Made by a program: the position numbers and the translations under genes. From Vicugna vicugna (taxonomy: Eukaryota): DNA of 64,000 nt. The notes under the pieces are model-generated. The model saw only the letters and a program-made list of their open reading frames with translations. It made no database searches and was not told the origin of the DNA. How positions within the stretch are numbered: the first letter of the stretch is position 1; every line of letters starts with the position of its first letter. Below, piece by piece: positions 28,561 to 40,538 of this stretch. The stretch spans positions 124,001 through 188,000 of the forward strand of contig MU058591.1 in the NCBI GenBank assembly GCA_013265495.1, given 5' to 3'.

Positions 28561-31049
28561 TCATCACTAATCTTTTGTGACTTGTGCATTATCATAAGCA
28601 TTAAATAAGACAAGCTTAAGGAAATGCTCCAAAATCTGCTCCTAAGATATGCCCGCTCTGTAGTGTGCGTGTCTCACCATCTGGCGAAACTGAGAGGGTC
28701 TCGGATGGCCTCATCGCCAGTTCCCTGCCCCACCCGGTTCTCTTGGATAATGACCTTAGTCCAACAGCTCCCCTTCCCAAAGGGATCCGGTGCAGTTTCT
28801 AATTGTCCTAGAGAAACACGCATCAGTCCCTGGCAGTGTGTGAAATTACTGGAAAAAGCCAGGCACATCCTCCCTCAGAAACAGGGGCTCACGGCAACCT
28901 CCTGACACCGTGAAGTATGTCTCTCCCTGCCCCTGCTGCCCAGTATGATTTGGAGCACAACACCCAAGTGCCCTAGGCTGTGAGCACATGTGACCGATAA
29001 TGTAAGTGCCTGAGGCCAATAAGCTGCTGTTGATCTTATTTATCAAGAGTCGGGTGTATTGTCTTTGTCTCCAAACCTCAGGGCAGGAAGCCATTCTTCA
29101 CCAATGAGGTGAATAGGAAGTGATAAAACCCCACCAGAGGAATCCAAGCAAAGCAAAGTAGCCACATCTATACATCCATCCATTTGAAAAGCAAAAGCAT
29201 AATTCTTTAGATGCTGTGTTAACTCAGTCTTTGTTAAAGACTCAGCTAAATTATTAATTTTCTTATTAATGTATCATTGGCAATTGGCAGTGCCATAATC
29301 TTTCTTCCTCTGACATTTCACCCAGCAGGCATTCCCCAGTGTCAAGTGTTTACAACTGTATTAGTCACTCAACTATTTTCTGCAGCCCTGCAGCCATATG
29401 CAGTGTGGCCACAAGCTATGTGATAACTTATGTTTAATAAGATGCTGTGGTGGCTTTTTCATTTCTAGCTTTAAAAGCAAAAACAAGTTTTGCTTTTAAC
29501 GAGCTCCTAATATTTATGATAAGATAAAAAATAATTTTTCTTTAAATTCTGAATGATTGATCTCAAATGGATGCTATAATTAAAATGGCATCATAATAAT
29601 ATATTTCAATGTTCTATTGCCCAAGACACCTTGAGTTAAATTACAAGCATCTGTGAAGATGAGGGAAAGATAAATTTTGTCATTTTTTTATTTATTATTT
29701 AAAGGTCTGTCAAATTTCCCTTGAATAGATTTTTCTCTTCCATCAGTGAAAGAATTTTTCTGAATGTCAAGTTCATCTTTTTTTGGCATCTTTGGATAAA
29801 GATGGTACAGCTGTGGTTTGATGAATCAGTTCTTCCAACTTCCTCTTCTAAATCAAAAATTTAAGCTTTAATATATAAAAATGTTTTATAGTTATTTCTT
29901 TTAGTTTAGACTAGTCCATAATTTAACTCTAAAAGAATAAGCTTTAAATTTAAAATTTTAGGCAAGTTTGTTTTAAGTAATATGTTATTGCTCAAGAAGA
30001 CAACAATGTGTACTTTTAGCTTTGTGTACTTCTGTGAAGTGCAAGGAAAACTTTAGGGTTTCAAGATAGCAATTTAATAGATGATAATGTGTTTAGAGTA
30101 ATTACAACAGTATAGGAAAAAGGTAATATAAATGCCAAGTGCTGAAAGTAAGTGATGTTAATCTCTGGAAATTTGCACATCTGTACTCTACCGCTTCTAT
30201 GGTAGAAAATTTTAGACAACACAGGAGTCAACAGTACATATTCCATTAGCCGTTAAGGCCAAGATGTCATCATCATTTATATAGCTTCTTGTAAATGCTA
30301 CTGTTCCCTCATGAGAGAAGAGTGTGAACAAAGAAAATGGCACATAAACGTCGGAATGGAAAAAGTGTTTGACAATTCACATCCCTTGAAAGGGTCTGAG
30401 AAACTCCCCCAAGGGTCCTCAGATATCACCATAAGAGCCACTAACAAATTAGAAAGACTAAAAGATTTGGAATCAGAAGATCTTGGTTTCAAATTATTCT
30501 CACACTTTTACTTTAATAAAATATGTTCTATCTTTTTATGTTCCCATATAATGTCAGAACTCAGCAGATTGCTGCATCCGTAGAAAAAAACACCAATTAA
30601 AATTAATCTCCCTTTTTTGCCCAATATGTACATAGCTAGCTCTGTTGACAAATTTTCATTTTTGATACTCTTTTAATACATTAGCATCATCTACATACTA
30701 TTCCTTTGAACTAAGGCTATGTGTATGTGTATATATATATATATATACACACATAAATGCATGCATATACATATAATTACTTATTTAAATATTATGTCAC
30801 ATTAATAATTTCATTATTAATTATCCTTTGATAAGCAACTATCTAGACTAATCTGTGCTATTTATTCTCCTTCAAAAAATAACTGTAAATTCTATGCTAT
30901 GGCTCTTCTCCTAGGGCCACTTCATATACCCATTTAATGATCAAAATTAAGAGTATGAAAAATTCTGTTTGAAAATGGAAGAATAAAACGTCTGCTGTCA
31001 TAGGCCATCACATCCATTGCAGCAAGTATTAAAAAAGAGGGCGTGGATT

Positions 31050-31430
31050 ATAAACAGGGCTGTGGGACACATTCTACATCATGGATAAACCTTGGAGACA
31101 TTATGCTAAGTGAAATAAGCATATGCTAAGTGAAATAATCACTAAAAGACAAATACTCTATGTTTCCACTTACATGAGATGCCTATAATAGATTCACAGA
31201 GATAGAAAGCAGAATGGTGATTGTCAGGGGCTAAGGGCAGAAGGGTGGTTGTTTAATGAAGACAGGGTTTCAGTTTTGAAAGATGAAAACAGTTCTGGAT
31301 ATGGATGGTGGTGATGGTTGTGAAGCAATGCAAATGTGCTTAACACTACTAATTGTACAGTTAAAAATGGTTAGATAGTAAATTTTATGTTATGCACATT
31401 TATCACAGTAAAACATTGGAAAAAAATAAA
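31050..31430 (+). mobile_element. L1MA/MB-type LINE-1 3' end
   Basis: acatcatggataaaccttggagacattatgctaagtgaaataagc...aattttatgttatgcacatttatcac followed by an A-rich tail. Contains a ~20-bp internal tandem duplication at ~31102-31139. Confidence 0.8.
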
Positions 31431-32473
31431 TGCAGTGAACACTTGTAGTATAACTTTAAGAGGATCAAATTTGATTTTTAAAAGCAATGTACAATGTGTT
31501 TTTTAAAAGATACACTCTATAAATGTAAATGTTCATGAAGTTTAAAAGAAAAGAGATAGGAAGACCAGACTGAGAGAAGAAAGCTGGTATGAACATTCCA
31601 CAGAGGTGAAGGGATCAATTCAAGAGGAAGATACCAGACTCTGACTCTGTATGCAGGGAACAACATCGCTACAATACAGATTTAATCAGTTATCAAAACT
31701 AAAAGTAGAAATGAATCATTCACAATGGCAGGAAAAGACTTTAAAATAATTCTTACAATTGCTTATAAAAGAACCGAAGATATTAATGATACAGAGTACT
31801 GAAAACAATTCGTATCATTGGCAAACAGAGAATGCTGCATACAAATGATGGCAATGGATGAAACTTTTTTAAGAAATTTAAGGAAAAAATTTAAAAAGTT
31901 AAGAAAATAAAATATATTGTATAGTACAACTATGCAAATTAAAAATTCACATACACACAAAAAGTAACATATTTTCAAATACAAATGCATGTCTGAAAAA
32001 TATTAAAATAAATGCCAAGAAAGGAAAGGAAGATACATGTGGATTAAGAATAAAGAATAGAGAAAAATAATGAAATAAAACAAAAGCTACACCTTTATGA
32101 AGAGATACAAGTGTTTGACATGTATCATGAATACATATTTCAGCACCTCAATTACTAGAAAGAAAGAAGAAGCAGGAAATTAAAAGAAAGAAAGAAAAAT
32201 AATGAAAATATGAAGTACCTTATCAGTTGATTGGCCATCAAGGTTGAACAGGAGCTATCTCTTGCTGACCTCTCCTGTGATTACAGAAGAGCCGCAAAAA
32301 CAGAAGGCAAAGAGACGTCAGCAAAAGTGTTAGAGAGCTAATGGCGAAAACATAATTAGATCACACATGATATTGTTCCTGTGAATTGAATTTCTCTCTT
32401 GAAAGATTCTTTTTTTTTTTTTTTTTCGTGGTCTCTTCTCTTTTTTTACTTTTGGTGTTAGAAGGGTGTTGGG

Positions 32474-32613
32474 NNNNNNNNNNNNNNNNNNNNNNNNNNN
32501 NNNNNNNNNNNNNNNNNNNNNNNNNNNNNNNNNNNNNNNNNNNNNNNNNNNNNNNNNNNNNNNNNNNNNNNNNNNNNNNNNNNNNNNNNNNNNNNNNNNN
32601 NNNNNNNNNNNNN
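32474..32613. other. Assembly gap (140 N) within the retrocopy 3'UTR
   Basis: Run of N characters. Confidence 1.
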
Positions 32614-35600
32614 GAGGAGGGGCCCTGGACCTGGAACTTTCTGGGGACAAAGCAGGGAGAGAGGAGCCTGAGGAGAGGAAGGGGCAGAGGCCTGGCTGGG
32701 CTCTCCTCAGAGGACATTTTTGACAGCAGCAGACCTGAGCCCTTCCCCATCTGCCCCCTCCACTCCCCATTTGCCCTGGAGAGGGGCCTCTTGGCACCTG
32801 CAAGTAGGGCCAGTGCTGGGAGGGGGGAGAAGAGGGGCCCTCTCTGTTTGCAACACAGGTGGGTTATACCTCGCCCTCCCCATGCACCCTTGACCCCAAC
32901 CCAGATGGTCCGTCCCACCTGTGCTCATAGGATGCATCCTAAAGGTGCTTTGCTGGGGAGACCTCAAAGCACTTTACAGACATTGGTCGGATAGGAACCT
33001 CCTGGCCCCAGGGAAGAGGAGGAGGCAAAGGGTTCAGGATTTGGCCAGAGCAGGTGACAAGCCCCAGGGGCCTAGACCAGTCCCGAGTCCCTGGGGACCC
33101 CAGGAAAGACCTCCTCTCAGTCCCTGGTCCCAGTGGCTCCTCTTCCCCCAGTCACCACTTCGGAGAGGGAAGACTGCAGGGGGCCAGTCTGGGGATGGGG
33201 CTGAAGCAGTGCAAGCCTGGGGTAGAGAGGGTGCCCCCCATCCCCAGGCCCTAGGAAGGTACCACACCCTGAAGAAGCCCACTCCCCTCCCCATGCATAG
33301 GGCTCTGAAAACCCCCAGCTCTCTGCCCTATTCCAGCCCTCTGAGGGGAAGAAAAGGGGGACCCAGACCTGCCAGCTAAGATCCGGGGTAGGGGGCTGAG
33401 GAAGCCCCCAAAATGTATTGCTTAGAAACTTGGAGGCAAAAAGGACAGGGGGCTGGCATCTCTGACCCTCCCCCCCAGGCCCTGGGAAGCCTCCAGGAAG
33501 CTCTCATCCAGCCAGTCATCTGGCCACGGGGAGAGTCCAGAGGTGGGGGGATGGACACAGTGACCACTGGGAGCCTGAAGTTCCCCAGTCTTGCTGACGG
33601 GAGATTAAACCGTGCCCCAATGGGTGTCGGGTGGGGAGGGGTCCTTCCCCCAACCCCACAGTCTCTGGCATTTGTCCTTCGGGTGGGCTGTCTGTTCGTG
33701 ACCGCCGTGCTCCTTGGAGCAGATGGGGGAGCCAGTCCCGATGGATGGTGCTGATGACATTGAACACTCTGGACTCGGTGAGGACCTGGGCCAGCACTAG
33801 GCTAGTCCAGATTCCCATTCTGGTTGTGTTCATCTTCGACAGGGGAGGCCGGGGCCTCTTCCTCACAGGGGGACAGCTCATCAATGGACATCTGGTTGGT
33901 GATGCCGCTTGCTGCCCGTTCCTTCCATTTCTGCTTGTTCTCCTGAATGTATTTGGTCCAAGTGGAGCGGAAGCTGACCACGTCAGGGTTGGGGTCTCCC
34001 ACTTCCACATCCAGAGAAGGCTGACGCCACTGGAAACTAGGCTGGTTTTTAGACTTGGAGTCCTCATCCCCCATGGGCTGGACACTCTTCTCAGCCACGT
34101 CCGTCAGCACAGAGAACGTGGGCTCCACAATGAAGTCGATGAAACCTGCAGGGCAGGAGAGACACGATGTGTGCCCAATCTGGGACTGCGCCACGAGCTT
34201 GGAGGTTCGATCACAGAGCGGAGAAAATGGCAGGCCCAGCTCCGCCTCCTTGTCACCCTGGCAGAAGCATTCCTCCGTGAAGGCCTTGGTCCAGCGGCTG
34301 CGAACCACCCACTGCTTGGTTGGGCGGCTGATGTCAGCGGCGTGGAGCAGCAGGGACAGGGCCTTGGACTTATCAATCCTCTCCAGCTGCTGCAAGGCCA
34401 TCGTCATGGTCTTCACTTGCTGGAGATGGCAGGACATGTCTGTGGCCAACACCATCTCGATGACCAGGGCCCGCAATTCTACAAACTCATCCTTGGTGAG
34501 GTTGGTGAAAATGTTCATCTCATCATCCTGCATCATCCGGAAAAGAGAGCTGATGTGGTGATTCTCCAGCACTGAGCGATCATTGTACAGGATGGCACAT
34601 TAGCTGTCGGTAGTGCCTGTGTGCTCATAGTCATGGATGGCTGCAGCAAACACGATGGCCAGGACCTCGATCTCCAACAGGCAGTGCACCACCCCTCTGC
34701 GGAGCAAAAAGCAATGGACCGTCTGGGTAACATCAGCTGCGTGTATCTGGTTGTGGTAAGGATTCTTGTACTTCCCATAGCCTGTTTCCAAGGCATCCAG
34801 AAAAGTCATCAAAAACACAGTGGGAATCTGAAAGCAGCTGATGAGGTTGTGCCAAGTCAGCAGCTCAAAAACAATGCTCCTCAGGGCATGGTCATCTGCT
34901 GCCCGGTTCAAGGAAAAGACATCAGAGCACCAGAGGTCCAGGTTCTTGAGACAGTTGAGGACCGCAGTGGAGTAGGTGAGGACCGCAGTGGAGTAGGTGG
35001 GACCCACAGAGGTATACATTCTCCGGAACATCCGTTCCACGAAGTCCCAGCCTGCACCACATGCATGATGCTCCGGAACTTGGGCTTCTCCTCCGCTCAG
35101 TGGCCCTTGGCCCAAGTCTGCTGGGTGAAGGTGGAAGCCAGCCAGTCCCACACCTCCGAAGGCACCGCATCTGACCGCAGCTCCTGCACCTCATCCTCTG
35201 TGTCCAAGATTTGCCGCGTCTCATCTATATAGACGGCCTCCAGCAGGGAAGCTGTGTACTCCAGGTTTTTCATCAGCTCCTCAATGTTCACCTCCCCATT
35301 CTCCAACTGCTTCACCAGGCAGCGCAGCCTGAGGATGGGGCCATGGAGGTGACTCCTCTGCACAGGAACAGGGCTGGCCATGGGAATTAAAGTTTCCTAC
35401 TTTAAAGTATCAAAGTGCTGCCCCCGGGGCCCCATGCCCCGGAGGAGAAGGGCTCCCTCTTAAGCCCCTGACTTCCTCCTCCAGGTCTCAGCAAAACTGA
35501 GTGACTGGCAGGAGAATTTTGAGGAGGGGAACAGGAGCAGCCTGGCTAGAGGAAGGAGTGGATGAGGCAGAGACCCATCCCTCGGCAACTGGGTAAGAGG

Positions 35601-36039
35601 CTGAGGGAAAAGTTTCACATCTGAACCAGACTGAAACCAAGAATCTGTTCTCAGAAGAATCCCAGAAAGGACAGAAGTAGCACAGGCCAGCCCCTTGCTC
35701 TGAGGAGGTGGGGCTCCTCTCTGGGGAGAAGGAAAGGGTCAGCGGGAGGCTTAAGGGTGCAGGGACAGGGAAACACTCTGAACCTGTCCTGGAGAGGAAG
35801 GCTGCAGCGGTGGGGAAGAGGCCCTGCAAGAGCCCCTCCGCGGGGCTAAGGCAGAGTCAGCTCCCTCCCAGGGTCGTCTTCTGGGGCCGTTCTTCAAACC
35901 TGACAGGATGGAAGCATGAAAGAGAACTAGAAACTGCAGGGAGGGGCTTGCTGAAACTAGGCATCCGGGGCCCCTTACTCAGAGACCCGCTTATCAGGGA
36001 GGGAAGCCCCCGCCCAAGCAGTGCCTGAAAGTCAGAAGG

Positions 36040-36125
36040 ACTTGCTCACAGAAACCGGGAGGCTGGGCAAGTTACTTGAACACTCCCCGCCCAGTTTTCT
36101 CATCTGTAAAACCAGGGCTGGGGAA
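36040..36125 (+). mobile_element. MIR fragment carried inside the PDE1B retrocopy leader
   Basis: ctgggcaagttacttgaac...cagttttctcatctgtaaaa is a MIR core motif. Confidence 0.65.
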
Positions 36126-37209
36126 TAACGCTGAATTAACTGGAGAGAGGTCAATCCACCCAGAGAGAGAAGAGAAGTTATGGGATATCCCTGGAGGGAC
36201 CTGGGGGCCAGAAACCCCTCTCCCGCCTGCAGGTTTTGCCCTCGCTCAGGTTGCGGGAGAAAAAAGCTGAAAGATTCTTTAAGAAACACTTGTTCAAAGA
36301 CTGGTGAAAAATTCCAAAAGACATAGGAAACAGAGATTCCCTTAAAGTAAGTATAGGACAGTAGACCTTGACTGCATAAGGGTGGCCACTACCCTCTCAG
36401 TCAAAGAGACAAATTTCAATGGCTGTTGAAATCTCCCAAGAATTTCCAAAGACTCAGCTTCTAACACAGTGATGTTGCGGGGAACTTCCCTTTGAGTTAT
36501 TGAGACATGGCATTCTGCTAGGAACATTTCCCTTTCAATCTCTCTGCCTCTCACTGTCTCTCTTTTTCTTCATATGCTACCATTTGATATTGGCTATGTT
36601 CTCACCTCCTCACCAAGGGGAAAGAACAGGAAACATCTCAGCGTATTCCTGAGTGTTTACGGGGGGTTGGATAGACTGAAGGTCATTTTTCTTCTGTAGA
36701 GGGGAAGGTGTCCCTCCTGTCAATTTGCTTTCCCTGGAATTCCCACATAGATAATTATACACTTTTAATTTCGTTTCTGGCTCTCCATATTAAGTCTGTT
36801 CTAGTTTGCAAGTCTGTGGTGTCCCTTATCTTCCCTTTATTTTGACAACCCTTATAAGTAAATGCCTCCTCTGCAGCCCTTACTAGAAGCTTCTGAGAGA
36901 GGAGAGCTGCAGCATGCAGACAGTCCTGACGCTAATTCTGAGTCTCGCGGTCGGTGGGGGAGGATCTCCTTACTTGCAGGCCCCAGAAGCTATTCAGATG
37001 GTCAACGGTGTCTCGTATGTGTGTGCACAATAAATCTTCAGCTGACTGACCACGGATCTGTGACAGAAAAACTATTTGATGTCAAGAAATCAGATCCATG
37101 TTTTACATCAGACTCTTCTGCCTACTAGGTGTATGTCTACAGACCTGTCTCTTAAGTCTTTTCTTGGGTAAAAAACAAACAAACAAAAAACTTCACTTGG
37201 GAGTCTCCT

Positions 37210-37390
37210 GAGTTTGAAGCCTGACTCCACTACTCTTTAGGTATGTGATTTGAGAAAAGTCACTTAACATCCTATTTAGTTTCAGTAAAGGGAGATAGTA
37301 ATAGGATATATTTTATACGTTGTTACAGGGATTAAGTGAGTTAATATCTGAAACTCTCTTTTAAAAGTGCCTGACAGAGTAAATGCTGCC
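37210..37390 (+). mobile_element. MIR SINE
   Basis: MIR-like string gagtttgaagcctgactccactact...tgtgatttgagaaaagtcacttaac...gttgttacagggattaagtgagttaat. Confidence 0.65.
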
Positions 37391-38073
37391 TAAAAGGACA
37401 TAAAGCATACATGACTTGGATAAACTGTAGAATTCTTATAAATATCTATTGTCATAGTATATATGGAAGAGCTTTAAATATTTATAAAAACTATAGAAAT
37501 ATGGCATACTGTTTTTGGAATCGCTGAAACAATGCAAAGTAGTACACAATGCTTTCCTGATCCACACTTTTTAATACTATTTAATCGTACAGAGGTAAAG
37601 ACACAAAGCTTGTTGTGTAGCAGTATTGTCGTCCTTGCGGTTTCATTTTGCCTGTATGACTTTATAGCCTAATTTTAATATGTCTTCAGATTTGCCCCGC
37701 CACCTAGGTAAATTTGCTAATGGTTAGGGAATGTGGTGCCATTTGTCTGGAGACTTGAATCATACCCTAGGAATAACTCTCCCTTCCTGTTGGATCTCTC
37801 TTAACTGTTCATATCATTATAATTAAATATTATTCCAGTGGTCAAATATATTTGGTGAGTTACAAATTAATGAGGAATATGTGCCTTCTGCTGAGAGGAC
37901 TCAGCCTCCTTTCAGATCACCTTATAGGTCATTGATTGGTGAGCTTTAGGGGGAAAAATTACTATGAACGATGTGATAAAAAGTAATTCCTGTGAATGTT
38001 TTTCTACAGCTGTCCCTCTATAGTGTCAATACTAATTTAAGTACAATGCCTTTTTCTGCTTTTTCTAGAACTT

Positions 38074-38096
38074 TGTGTGTGTGTGTGTGTGTGTGT
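38074..38096. repeat. (TG)n microsatellite
   Basis: Directly visible TG dinucleotide run. Confidence 0.9.
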
Positions 38097-40157
38097 CCCC
38101 ATGCAGCAGGTGTGTGTGTTTTAGTTATCTTAGTAGGATAAACAAAAGAAAGAAAAATGCCTGACTTGTTATGTTAGTTGCCTATATATATGCCAGCTTC
38201 TTCATTTTTAACTAAACTTTTTCTGAAAGAGGCTTATTTTGATTTCTACTGTGAAGGTGTTCCACATAAATGCACACTGACTACACTTTCAGAGTAAATT
38301 ACAAGTGTTTGCAAAGATGACATTTAAAGTAGGCCACACCATTACTAAAAATTTGGTAGAGATGGGAAGTTTGTGCCTGAAACTTTATGAAAGATACTGT
38401 GAATATATAAATAAATTTGAAAGGCTTATGCTGTCAGGCTTATTTTTATCTTTTAATTACTGAGAAGGAGTTTTTGTAATTTGGGGTTCAGAGGCCATAT
38501 ATCTCTCTCTACAAAGGAGAATGATTCATTAAAAACATTAATTCTGTTCTGAGCTGCAGTACAGCAAATTAGACAGCATTCTCTGCTTGGAGGAAGATTT
38601 AAATCAAATTATTAGAGAATCCCTGCAAGGAAAGTAAAAGGAAAGCTCTTACAGTCATCAAGAATGTCATGCTTTTATATATATGTACCTACAATTTGGT
38701 ACCCCACAAGAGGTAATTTCACTCTTATAGGTGGAAAATGCACTGTAAAAATACCTACTTTACTTGGCTCACCATTAAGATAAATTTCAAACTCACGGAT
38801 GTTGGCAGTTTTTAAAAATATTTTTAAAATTCCTATTCAAAAGCTCAATCCACTTATTCTTAAAATATATTATTTTTTTAAATTACACATTTTTAAAAAA
38901 GAAGGTACTAACAGTAAATGATGTGGCTGCTTCACTACGCCCTTTTATGTATATTATTCACATCAAATTATTTTTTATGTAAGGACGATCGATGTTTTTA
39001 AAAATATTGTTTAAAAAAGTATATTTTATAGCTGCATATTCTTTTTTTCAGTTTTATTAGGTAGAATTATTACAGTTCGGCTGCACATACACATTATATT
39101 GCATGTAAATACATATATACAGCACACTGCACTTTCTTTTAGTTTACATATATGTACTGATTATTGTTTCTAAGAACAGATTAGAGCTTTAGCTTTGTAA
39201 ACTTACATAGTTATCAAAGGAATAAAGCCAACTACAAAATAAGAATCAACAGAATGTGGTATTCTGTCAGTTATATTTGGAATTTTCTTCCCTACATTTA
39301 TAAAATCATCTCAGTTATCATATTGCCATGCATACCTTTGTCCTACTTTCTGCTCCAATGTAGTTTAAAGTGAAATGAAACAAAACTGTGAAACAAACAA
39401 AAGCATTGCTACTAGTAGTGGATATGAGTGTTCCGTGTTGTAGGACAAATCTAAACCCAAACTTCATAAGGTCCAAGTGGCTTTCTTAATAACATATCCA
39501 GATCATCCCACAGTCCATCGATGCTGTTTGTGCAGAAAGAGTGAGTGGATAATGTAAAGCAGACTTCCATGTGACTGGAGAATAGACCTAGAAGAGCTTG
39601 GACAAGAGCTTTCCAAAACTAGAAAGATGCTCACATGGAAGACACCTTTTCCTTTCAAAGATATCCAGGCTAAGCTGGCCTCAAGTGAAGATTAGAAAGG
39701 ACTGAGTGAGTTAGGGGCTGAAGGGAGCTAGGCAGACAATCTTTGATAAAAATATTCATATGAAAGTCATCTGTTCGCTTTTAAGGAATATTGAGCAGAA
39801 TTGGAACTTAATCTTTCTTTTAAATGTGTGTAGTAAAACATGGACACACACACAGGAAAAGAAGATATATTTAAAGTCAACTGCATGCCATTATTTCTGG
39901 ACACAAACTACCGATGGGAAAAGTTATGTCTTCTGCTAAGGGCCTTTGTCTTTCGGAGGCAGGTGCCTGAGGCCACCACACCATGTGCTTTCCATGAAAC
40001 TACAGGGCTTGGCTCACCTGTTCCCTTTTCATGAAGACATTACATATTTTGTAATTTGTGTAAATTAGATAAATTAAATTCCAAATTAAATTCATTCCTA
40101 TTCTGCCATTTTCCCAAATGATCTTAGGTGGCATATGAAAATACATGTAGCAAATTG

Positions 40158-40538
40158 TGTTATGAGCTGAATGTTTCTGTCCTCTCAAAATTCACATGGT
40201 GATGCCCTAGCTCCCCGTGTGACATGTATTTGGAGGCAGGGACTTTGGGAGGAAATTAGGTTTAGATGAGGCTGTGAAACTGGGGATGGGATTGGTGCCC
40301 TTTTGAGAGGAAGAAGAGGGGAAGATCCCATCTCTCCCATGGAGGAAAGGCCATGTGAGGACACAGTAAGAAGGCAGCTGTTTACAAGCCAGGAAGAGCT
40401 CTCACACCAGGAGCCAAATACACCTGGACAATCATCCTGGAATTCCCAGCCTCTAGACTGTGGGAGATAAATGCCTGCTGTTTAAGACATCCAGTCTGAG
40501 CTGGTATTTTATTACAGCAGCCTGAGCTGACTAAGACA
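40158..40538 (+). mobile_element. MLT1-family (ERVL-MaLR) solo LTR
   Basis: Starts TGTTATGAGCTGAATG and ends GACTAAGACA. Internal motifs include ggccatgtgaggacacag and ttcccagcctctagactgtgggagataaat. Confidence 0.85.

Larger units (their letters stand above)
32413..36267 (-). pseudogene. PDE1B: Processed pseudogene (retrocopy) of Ca2+/calmodulin-dependent phosphodiesterase 1B, PDE1B2 isoform; CDS remnant 35381->33802
   Basis: Intronless translation from MASPVPVQRSHLHGPILRLR through YHNQIHAAD and HDYEHTGT to EDEHNQNGNLD* matches PDE1B as I recall it. Poly(A) appears as a T-run at 32410-32426, with an AGTAAA signal at 32445-32450. The TSD TGAAAGATTCTTT is at 32400-32412 and 36268-36280. Disabling lesions: TGA at 35097-35099, a 1-bp deletion at ~35045, and TAA at 34600-34602. 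Confidence 0.97.

Noticed and set aside
27150..29140. Two moderately GC-rich blocks (~27150-27480 and ~28640-29140) with short ORFs on both strands
   Set aside because: These are probably old LTR remnants, but I cannot assign family or boundaries, and there is no coding evidence.
29471..29499. 12-bp-stem hairpin TTAAAAGCAAAA-N5-TTTTGCTTTTAA
   Set aside because: The arms are low-complexity A/T sequence, which is expected by chance in AT-rich DNA.
33802..34572. 256-aa minus-strand ORF as a functional PDE gene
   Set aside because: It is only the C-terminal half of the pseudogene. It begins at GTG, lacks the upstream HNxxH and HD metal-binding motifs, and has substitutions at conserved sites (e.g. 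DISHP>DISRP, EEFFRQGD>EECFCQGD).
33631..34575. 314-aa plus-strand ORF and other overlapping ORFs at 32330-36289
   Set aside because: These are antisense or alternative-frame shadows of the GC-rich PDE1B retrocopy. Several span the N gap, and none resembles a known protein.
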